Shown one piece after another: positions 54,060 to 64,000 of a stretch of 64,000 bases of DNA. Position 1 is the first letter of the stretch. Every line of letters begins with the position of its first letter. Below the pieces are notes generated by a model. The model had not been told where the DNA came from and did not search any database. It saw only the letters and a list, made by a program, of their open reading frames with translations. Position numbers and translations under genes: made by a program. The DNA comes from Amoeboaphelidium protococcarum X5. Its lineage: Eukaryota > Fungi > Aphelidiomycota. Where the stretch lies: positions 454,053 to 518,052 of the forward strand of contig JALDTO010000179.1 of the NCBI GenBank assembly GCA_023515725.1. The letters run 5' to 3'.

Positions 54060-54922
54060 ATCCTTGAAACCATAAAACTAATCCACTGGAGTTAAAGAGC
54101 CATTCGACTACATAAAGTATATTGGACATTAGTTTTAATACTCAAAAGAGTCTAAATACTATTATAGAACAGGTGTTAAGTAGGCATTGACACATGATGA
54201 AATGGTTCTGTGCAAGTACTTTATCATTGGACTCGTCTCAGATCCGACAGTTATATATTTGAAGCCTAGTTCTCTAGCGATACTAGCAATCTGCTATTCA
54301 TGGTCAGGATAAACATAAGAATGCATGAGGGAGATCGCAATATTGTCGATGCCTTATTATTTGAGTCCCATCAGTTACTATCTGACAATATCAACATCCA
54401 GCCTCTTGAGTACAACCACCTGCTATCCGGAGACAGTAGTAAGTGGCTGGAACTCGGCTGGGAAGTTCTTTTGACCATGGATCGATTGCCATAATGTAAC
54501 CCGTTCATCAACCTCCAAGACTTTTGAATACAATTAAGGTGCTCTCTTACTTACAGACAAGTCAAAAATGTCCTGTCGCGTTTAGTTTCCAATTTTTAGC
54601 AAGTCAGCGAAACCTTTGGTGACTATGAGCGCAAATTAATCTCCTTACTTTCCAATAATGCATTAGTGGCTACAGTAGTGGACATTCTAATGGAGTGCAG
54701 TTGAATGTCGGCATCAGTGCCACTCTCTTCTTTAATCGATTACAACAGTTGTTTGATGCATTATGACGGAGCATCCTTGTACATTTTTGTATTAACAGAC
54801 AACAACTTGAGTACTTTGTAGTCTGTTGAAACTACTTTATTATCCTCCAATGACTGTATTTGAGCAATGGCATCACACAAAGTTCCGCCTCTATCAATGG
54901 CGATGGTGACCTTCTTTATCAT
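54060..54922 (-). pseudogene. OPLAH: 5-oxoprolinase N-terminal fragment, frameshifted and truncated
   Basis: IAIDRGGT, LKLLSV, IRMSTTVATNALLE, TKGFADLLKIGNQ.R..IFDL, LMHSY..PDHE, NAYLTP, FMQSNG. Confidence 0.8.
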
Positions 54923-55386
54923 AAGAGGTAATAGTATTCTTTTATTTCGTACGAAACCAAGATTTTTGGATATTTGATAATTTGTTAAAAAAAAGCTAAA
55001 TCTCATAGAAAATATATGTAAATGTGTGCGCAACAGGTCTGTCACAAAAAACATCTTTAATTAACTGTCAAATCAAAAAATAGTAATAAGTTTGTTTTAT
55101 TTAGTACATAATAAAAGATTACGGTCTTTAGAATGAAGTACAGTACAGAATGCGCATCAAAAGCCTCCGAAACGGAGGAAGTAGGCTTGAACAGTGTTCA
55201 TGTGGGACGTCGGTACCAGAAATCCAGCATGTGTGAAATTTCGATAGTTTTGCCATTAATCAATATACGACAACTCTCTGAGCCAGAATCAATTTTAAAT
55301 CCACCGAGCTGATATGCGTATATATGAGCGCCAAGTATCGAACCCGCTATAGAAATTATAGTACAATATCATGAGAGTAAACAAAT

Positions 55387-56280
55387 TCATTGGTCAACAT
55401 CAATCCGAGTATAAACACAGTGATGGTCTAGGTTACTATCTCTAGTAACGGAAGTAGGAGGTACGATTCGTCTTTCGCCTCTTTGGTCGATTATGTAATC
55501 AAGCTTATTATTTCGCGGGGTTGTTACAGGATAATTTTGACCATCGACAACCTCAACATTTGCCAGGACAGTTGGATAGTTGAAATCGCCGCCGATTATT
55601 GCTCGATGTTCTCGATCGGCTTCATTTTGACTATAATTGTTGTGTTTGTTGACGACACGTCCAACAACAGCTTCAAAGTTTGCTCTAAGATTATTCACGG
55701 TCTGATATTTTGATCTCTTTTTCATCAGGTGGACATTCAGCACGGAACAAGACACTGTGCAGGACTTACTCGTCATTAAAATACAATGTCTGTTACATCG
55801 AATAGGAGCATTTTTCCCGTTGGATACGGAATACTGCGAAACTGCTTGCACACCGTTGCGACAAAACTCGAGTAGACGATTCTTTGATTCCCACATTTCT
55901 CTTGTAGTCAAACATTGGTACCAGTGGCTAGCTAAATATTCTGTAATCAGAATTTTGGCATATTAAGACCCAACCTCCTGAAACAGGACCAAAAATGGTT
56001 TTAATTCGACGATAGTTTCCAAAAACTATTGCGAATTTATTTCACCATTAGGCTTATACCATCCGATATTCCATGTGATAACTGTGGCAGTAACATCGCT
56101 CAATATATAAGCGCATTCGTTAGCTGTATCGGTATCTTCGCCCTTTTTTTTACAATTCGCTGCGTGCTTTTTGCTATGCTTCGAAGGACTTCCATCTTTC
56201 TTGGTTTTATATGTCTTTCCACAGTTTGCACAATCCCAATGGTCTTTCACCGAGGTCTAGCGTTGGCTGTGAGGTGACAT
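55387..56280 (-). CDS. Stand-alone EEP (DNase I/APE-fold) nuclease/phosphatase with N-terminal Cys/His finger, 297 aa
   Basis: CANCGK...H..NC; ITWNI, LFQEV, NVHL, GGDFN, LDYI and LDH motifs in one frame. Confidence 0.8.
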
Positions 56281-56759
56281 TAATGCTTTGATAGAAAAAG
56301 ATCACCTGCAACGGCGGATGGCTACCTCTCAACCAACTTAATATTACCATCAAAGTGATTGGCCATTAGCTGTCGGCGAATCATATATCAACGATCGCAA
56401 TTAAACTTTTACTTTATTATAAAGAAGGGCCGCTGAGTACCGACCTACATAAGCAATATCTTGCATATCCAGTAGTTATCATAATGGATTCTCTATAGAT
56501 ATTTCAGCATTAATGAATCATTTGGTTTCAGATCTTAATTCTTTTGATGGCTTCATCTTAAAAGTGAGCAATGATGCTTGTTCGAGATGTAGTTTTACCA
56601 ATTATTTGATGGAATAGGTTTAAGCCATGTGTCGTTTCCCTACTATCGCTTGAACTCTCTAGCAATATCTTTCGCATATTTCTTTTCCTTGCTAGCAGAA
56701 GTAAGTTACACCACCAATCAGGACTTAGTGTTTGACCAGAAGTAGGTAAGATTGTCAGT

Positions 56760-57760
56760 TGCTACGGGTGGATGACTCCGCTTAAAGTTGACTATTTCGA
56801 TTTGACATACTTCTTCAACTGGTTAATTCAGAACTCCAATTGAGAAGTATTCACTTTCCCATCACTTTGCTCGAATTTTGGTTTCTTCCGAATCTAAAAA
56901 GAATGCAAACAAGAATATTGCGGTAACATTAGACTGATGAATATCTGCACTTGGGCATAGTGGTTTCCACTGATGAAACCTCTGGTAACAAAAGTAAACG
57001 TTACAACCACCACGAATGTCTCTTTGTGTGAATTGTGAAGGAGGTGGTGCTCACACAAAGTCTGCTCTGTGTTCGTGTTACCTAAGGGAAATATAAATTA
57101 AATCCTCTCATCGACGCGTTTGTTGAAGAAGTAAATTCTGGTGCGGCTGGCTGGGTGATGTTTGATGCATTGAGAAATAAGAAGGTCGTTGTTGTGGCAA
57201 AATTTCTTTATGTTCTGGCAGATAATCCTCGTGCGGTAAAACTTAGCTCATTTAATGTCAATGTCAATTTTCCATGTCGTTTTTGCAAAGTCAGTAAGCA
57301 GAATTTTCTGACAGTTGCGGACCTGGGGGACTGTGGAATGGACGAAATAATAGTTTAATTAGATGCTGCATATGACGGATTAAAGAAGAATAGCTCGGTA
57401 GCGTGAAGATGGTCTGTTCCGTCCTTCTAACACTTAAGTGACTCTAAATGATTTCGATTCATGCGTTGGTTTCCCTATTGATCTGCTGAATGCCATCAAT
57501 CTGGGGATGATTAATTGTGTTGCCATGGTCTTTAAAGTGAAGAACAAAGAACTGAGTGCTCTCCTTATTAACCATTTATTCTGGTTAATTGCAGTGAAGA
57601 TCTAGTACACAGTCAGCTCCTACTTTGTCAGGTGCGCCAGAAAAATAGCAATCAAGCCAATAATAACTAGCGGCGACTGCCTGTATATCGTGGTTATCTA
57701 AGCACACCCTATAGATCCTCGTCAGGCAAGAAATATCTTCACATGATTCCGTCTGCGCTC
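56760..57760 (+). pseudogene. Degenerate CACTA/Plavaka-like transposase; boundaries approximate
   Basis: STDETSGNKSKRYNHH, GWVMFDA, VLADNPRA...NFPCRFCKV; interrupted by TGA and frameshifts. Confidence 0.6.
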
Positions 57761-57948
57761 CCTTCAAACGTGCCTATGGACATACAGTATTAGCATTCTA
57801 TCATATACATTGCAAAGCACATAACTAATTGTATCTGACTCTTTTAAAACAAATAAAACGCTTGTTTTCTTTTGCACCGGTAGTGTTTTGCACCTTGCAC
57901 CCGGAGAAACGCACCGAACTCGCTTTGTTACAATCTCGACCGTCTCGC

Positions 57949-60381
57949 ATGTCTGGCAGGAAGCGTTCTAGAGCAGTGTAGAGTGACTCGTAGCCATCTG
58001 GAGGTGGTATCACCACCTCCAACAGTAGTACTGGCATCCCAGCCGTTGATGAGTGTGCTGGTGTTGGCAGTAGTGTCGGCGTATCCGCCTCCTCAAGTTC
58101 TGGTCTGGCTGGGTGCGAGGCTGAAACAAGTGTTGTTAGCATGAATCAAACTGCTGATATCACTTCACAAAGTTCTGCTCAAGTCAGTGCTGCTTTCAAT
58201 AGGTAGCTGGAGAATGAAGATGAAGATGACGACGACGATTACGACTCTGATGATGGTCTGGATGATGAGCAGTTGGCGAAGAAGGTGAAGAGACGCAAGA
58301 AGTCGGAGAACAGCCATGTGTATCGCATTGAAGCGGCGTACAAGTATAAGCTGGATGAAGGCATTGGAGAGACGTTGAAGCTGCTGAGGTTGACTCGATC
58401 CGACGTATCTGTGCCACTCACTGGCGGTAGGCCTTTGGCTGTGAATAGTATGTAAGCCTACTAGAAGCATTACAGAGGATTGCGGTACTTTTTTGCGCTA
58501 ATTGGTGACTACAGCTCGAGTTTAATGCTGCTTCCTAACCCCCCGCAGTACACACCGTCAATGAACGCCAAGAGCATCATTTTGTTTATCAAGTTCAAGC
58601 GTAATGAGAAGGGTTCTTTGCTAAAAGACGAGAATGGCAACGCTGTGAAATGTGTCTATGGGCACGATATCAAGTGCTAGGGTGGTTGGAATATGCCACA
58701 GAATGTTGACCAGTTGTTATCGGCTGTCTCTGTGCTGCATGATAGTCGTAATTAGAGGGGGGAGTACAGAGATATCTGCGAAGAGTGCATCCAACGTTCT
58801 GAGCGTGGTGATAGATCTGGCTGTCGGTTCCATCCGATGGCTCCTCGTATTTGGCTGGGTGGAGATCCAAAGAATTCTTCCCTCATGACTAACATGTAGA
58901 GATTGAACTCCCGCGATGGATGCAGCTACGTGTCCGAAGGCAGCTAGCCGCTCACACCTTGGGAATTACTACGTCTCCGCGAGTATTTCATCTCGAAAAA
59001 TGATGCGAAGTCATTCATGATGTGGACGATGATTATCGTTAGTATCAAGCTATTTCTGCGCAATGATGAAGTCACCGATTTGAAAATTCATGATCCTAGG
59101 CTGGAAAATTGTCTCAACAAGGATCTTGCGACCTTTCAAAGTGATGGCAGTATATCTTCCCTTGCTTTCTACATTAAAGGCAAGTCTGATCGTGTTAGAG
59201 TGTGCTTGACTCTTTGGACGGATTATGATGTGCCCGAATTGTGCCCGGTTCGTGCGCTTTTGACGTGGATTTTTATTTCTGGGATTAGAACTGGATTCTT
59301 GTTCCCTCAAGAGAGTACACTGGATGCTGTGAAGCAAGTTGGGCATGCGGCGTACAACATCTCTTACGTATCTTATCATAGGCAGTATCAGAAAGCTTGT
59401 AAGATTGCTACCGGCAATCCCGATGGTAAATTTGGTACGCACACTAGTAGGAAGACTGGCTATTTGCTTGCTGTTTGGGGAATGGGATCAGAGATTGACA
59501 TCACTAAGAGTGCGCGACACGCTTCGTCCGCTAATGCCGCATTGTATAAGAAGGATGCTAGCTATTTGCTAGAATTAGCGAAGACTAGACGTTTGGACGT
59601 GTCTTCCGTGGTAAGCAAATTCAGATCAGCCTACTGTGAGTAGCTATAGATGGCTCGCAGTCTGAATGCTGCCCATTCTAGAGGCAATTTTTGTCTGCAG
59701 CAGGTGAGTCAAGAGATTGTTCGTAGCTTATGTGGATTATCTGATGTTGATGCAGTTGGTGGACCTAGAGTGATTTACGATGCACTTCTCCAGTTGCAGA
59801 AGAAAGAGACTGTGCTGCAGCTTATTGAGGCAAAGTTGAAAGAAATTGCACCTAATGCCACTCCGGAGGAGATTAATGAGCTGCGTAGGATGCTTGAGCT
59901 TTATGCGAATGGATTGATTGCTGCCACTCAATCAGCTAAGTTGAAGTAGCCAAAATCTACTCTGACTTCTCAATAATCTTCTTCCAGATAGTTACGTGAA
60001 CAAGCTGCGGTTCACTCTGATGATGAACTCTATGAATCCGATGAAGAAGACACTGACGTAGCTGATGTTGTACCTGCCATCACAGCTGTTCAGTAGGATG
60101 AAGTTGTGAATGATATGCCTGGGAGAGAGAAAGTGAGAAAAGCGAAGACTGCCATGGCGAAGTTGGAGGCCATTCTTGCAGTGGATGATCCTGGCTCAAC
60201 CGTCGGGTTATCAGCTGGCGCCAAATCATTCTACGTGAAGCAATACTGCCCGATCATGAAATGTCTGAGAAAGCACTTTGGCGGTGATTTGGATAAGTTC
60301 ATCGCACATTGGGGGAACTTCAAACCAACTAGCTTCAAGACAAACAATTGCTCTGGTACCATGGATGAGTGTAGTATTTGA
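57949..60381 (+). mobile_element. Intact Crypton-like tyrosine recombinase, 810 aa
   Basis: One frame with TAR=Gln; catalytic set FLRNDE (R), KGKSD (K), HTSRK (HxxR), ARH, ALYKKD (Y); Cys/His cluster CEEC...GCRFH. Confidence 0.8.
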
Positions 60382-60749
60382 ACAAGACAGATAATATGGA
60401 GACTGAGATTGAAAGTGGATTTAATACAAAAAGTTTAATGCAAAATCATTGAGGATTTGTTTGAAACAACTGACTTGTCTGTTTTCTGCGAGATCACCGT
60501 CGCGCGCTCGATCGCTCGCGCATTCTTCCAACGTCAACCTTAACGGTTTCCGTTTTTGCACTTTGCACTTTTAACAATAAGAGCATTGTATTTTATCCTC
60601 AAAGGTGAAGAGATATCACCTTTGAGATCTATCACTCATAATCATGATATTTTTGATCATTTTTCAACCTTAGACGATCCGTTTCAGTACACTCTCACAG
60701 TTTGTGGGTGTTATATAAAACAAGGCCACTAAAAAAGAATAACCTGGGA

Positions 60750-62400
60750 ATATGCGTTTGAGTATTAGCTCGTGTTAGACTAAAGACGCGTTGAGTAAAG
60801 ATCCTGTGTATCTTTAAGGCTTGAACACTAGACAGATGTGCGAACATTTAGAAATATGTCTTGGAATTCCCAATTATTAAGAGGCTGATGCTCCCGTGGA
60901 AGAGACTTTCCGCCACCTATCTAAGATAAATCTCATTGAGCAAGTGAAAGATGTTGTAGATCGAGCTTATATTGTATCTTGTTGGTCTCTATATTGCTAG
61001 AAAAAGGGCTTCGAATAAATGTACGTTAGTTAAGGAGCAACGACAAAGAAGGCGGCGATGAAAATGCACGACTCAATCCGCTCCCATATCCTTTAAAGTT
61101 TCAACCTGGAAGATTAGCAAAATAAGGATGAACTTGTCTAAATCTCTGTCAGAATGAATGCACGTGCCAGTACTAAAGACAAATTTTCGCCTGACCACTA
61201 TAGGGTCAAGAATGTTTTTGCAGAATGTCAACCTGCTTATGTCTATTGGGACAACGCGTGCAAGAGAGGTGCAAAGGTCGATTAGGTAGTATAGTTGCTG
61301 GGGACTGCGGTTCTGGAGATGTCAGAGCTTCCTTGGAGTTTGCTTTATAATTCTTCTGCTAAGGATCTGGAATAGATACTGTTCTATTTATAGAAGAATG
61401 TAAAGCTTGATTAAAAGACGACTGTGTGTAATTCGAATGGTTTGTTATCCGAGGAGACCAGCGAGCCTTCTGTGGGAATCCAAGAGATTGCTGATGCTTC
61501 CCAAGTTACAGCTTCTTTCACTAGTCAGAAGTTAGATATAAAGGTTCAGCCTCCACCAGTGTAATCTACCTCCAAAGTGATAATGAGTGACTTGCCAACT
61601 GTGGCGGAGATAGCTAGCAAGGGAAAATAGTCCAACGAGGGTGCATTGATTGAAAATGCCCTTGGGTCCAGAACTAGCGGTAGTCGCCGAAAATGAAATC
61701 TGGCTCTGGAGTAGGATTAAACAGTACAATGCCTAGTGGGCCCTGCTCCAGCCCCTCATATTATTCTTACATTGCGTCCGTCCACTCTCAAAGAATTAAA
61801 TGATTATATTTGGCGTTTGAATTCTGGTGAAATGTTGAATGACGTCTTGCTCAGCTTTGGTTTGCTTTATTTTGAGGCTAAGTATGGAACTGAAAACGTG
61901 GGAGTTGTAAACTCTCACCAAGCTCTGGTAGTAAGTAATACAATATCTAGCTGTGGCATAGATCGACGTATTCGTGCACGATTTTAGAGTCATAGGTGCG
62001 GGAAGTTTTGGTTGTTTTTAAATCACCAAAACGGTAACCATTGGACTGTCATCCTGTTCTAAAAAACACTTCTGAATATTTGTGCTACTACTATTGCTCG
62101 CTGCGAAAGCCTGTTGAAACCGACTTTTTACAACACTGCTGCTTGATTGTATAGCTTAGACCGCTCTATCTATCAAAGAAGAATGTATATAAATCTAGGG
62201 ACCTATTAAGCCAAGTTTATACGATTGTGGTGTGTATGCATTGTGGTTTATTGATATGGTCTATTAAGGGAAGTTTCACTCCATTTAACAGTACTCCATT
62301 GTGCCTGTTTCTAGTCTGCGCAATTTATTGAAATTTCAGAGCGATCCCGCTCCAATCACACTGCTTTTCGCCCGAATCACACCGCCCCGCTGCCCACTAA
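60750..62400 (+). pseudogene. Transposon-associated Ulp1/C48 protease relic; boundaries approximate
   Basis: MLNDVLL, NHWTVI, Q....DCGVY; frameshifted. Confidence 0.6.
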
Positions 62401-62715
62401 CAAATACAGCCCAAACTGGCTAATATACTACTCTTAAAAATATTAAAAAATTTTGGCATACTCTGCCACCAATGTACCAAATTTTTTGTACATCGGAGCA
62501 GCCAATCACAGTGTAGCACTGCACTAAAGTAATGTCGACACTGCTTTCATGCGGTTTCGCGATCGGCTGTGAAACACTAAAGCTGATGGCTGATGCACTA
62601 CCATAGACGTAAAACAACATCAAATGCACTTCAACATACCTAAAATTCAATTATCCATTAAAACTCAAAAATTAGCCACTCATATACGTCATAGATATTA
62701 AGAGTGAGGGTGTGA

Positions 62716-64000
62716 TCACTTTCTTCGCGACTTTCTTATATTACTTTCCGCCACCTTCTTCTGCTCCAATTCGCGAGCTTTCAACTCTTCATACGGTCGT
62801 CTAACCTCGGCCGCTCGATCCTTGTACACCTACTTCTCTTCGGCTGACATAGCTCTCCACAGTTCATGCAGATCCTTGCGACCATTGCCCATATCAGCGC
62901 AAAATTGAGTGTAACTGTTGATATTCGGGATTCTAATAGTTCCGTCAGCATTACCATCCGCAGACGCGAGATTTAGCAAAGACACGCCGGTGCCGTTAGA
63001 TGCTCCCTGCGCAACACCACTATCAACGCTGGCAGCATTCTACAACACAGTTTTAGCCTGCTTCTTTGTACTAGTTGAGACGGTGGCTTTGGCCTGCAAC
63101 TGCTCTAAAACTTTTGCTCTCATTGGCTGAAACAATGGATGGCGCCACAGTTCGTTCTATGGCTCTTAAACACGATCCAACCACTTAAACATCGACTGCT
63201 CGCCGCGAAGAAGGTCCAAAGTAGCCAGCAGAGTCTCAGTGCGATCACCGGCCAAAGTAAAATTGTCAAATAGAGCATAAGCAGGACGCCTCTTACTGAA
63301 AGCCTTTCTTAAATTTTCATCCCCTCTGCGATATAATGCACCATCTTACTCCATCTATTGCACACCTTTGCAATGCTAAAACAATCCAATTCCATAATAC
63401 TCTTCATACAGGAACTTGAACGATTTCGGATTATCAGCAAAACGAAATCCATTAGCGGGAGGGAGCACAGCTGAAGAAGTCCTTGCACTTTTCGCAGCCT
63501 CGTCCAGTTAGACGTTTCGATATGCAGCACCAAATCCTTGTGCCTATAGCTGAAACTACATCATTCGCAATAACTCTTACATTTAAGGCTGCAAGGTAGC
63601 AATTGACGTTTCCAACTACTTGACACGATGGCTCAACACGTTCGTTAACTTGGCCAATTGTTAATAATGGGCTACTATCGCGGGAGAGATATCAACATTC
63701 TACTCTACCGCGGAGGAATGCTAGTCAAGAAATTCAACGCTATATCACTTCTCCATTACTTAAATTCAGGCAAACAGTACGGCGGCAATGTCCACAATGA
63801 AGAATTAGGATATTCATACATTAGAATAACGGCATCTTGACACATGATGACAGACAACTACTCTAACAAATCAAGAAAATGCTTAGCAGCCAAATCTTAC
63901 TCCTCCCTGCCAGCATCCATAACAACAGCTTTAGCTACCTTCAATTGCGGAAACACTTTCTCTGAAAACACCTCCGGTACAGATATGGCAGCGCGTGGAA
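62716..64000 (-). mobile_element. CryptonF-like protein 3' part (Ndc10-II-like, GCR1_C-like, HMG box); runs off the window; one frameshift near 63.73 kb
   Basis: KVFPQL...DLAAKHFLDLL..L.VIMCQDA; LYEEYYGIG...YRRGDENLRKAFSKRR; NSYTQFC...LWRAMSAEEKQVYKDRA. Confidence 0.7.

Noticed and set aside
55320-55352. tRNA-like GGTTCGA box on the minus strand
   Set aside because: No acceptor, D or anticodon arms could be folded

Overview
Eukaryotic, fungus-related genomic DNA read with a non-standard nuclear code: TAA/TAG encode Gln and TGA is the normal stop (translation table 6). This splits the supplied standard-code ORF track into fragments. The gene content plus this code suggests an aphelid such as Amoeboaphelidium (inference). 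Positions 1-28.4 kb are a compact, nearly intron-free housekeeping block: PXMP4, XPA, NAA50, LEO1, USB1, CaMK, membrane PDE, ArfGAP, FHA-BRCT, GTPBP1, RPS8, a PP1 regulator, SFH1, HCCS, PHB2, two mucin-like genes and a secreted violaxanthin-de-epoxidase-like lipocalin. Positions 28.5-64 kb are a mobile-element-rich accessory zone. It holds a Tc1 relic, a DUF6729-type transposase fused to a Fanzor/TnpB 3' end, a MITE, a minisatellite, four tyrosine-recombinase-related elements, a CACTA/Plavaka-like relic, a Ulp1 relic, broken housekeeping gene fragments, a duplicated PAS gene and a receptor-like kinase. The top finding is a complete in-frame 318-aa intein (C...HN/S) in the P-loop of GTPBP1. All translations and family assignments were done by eye; no database searches were run.
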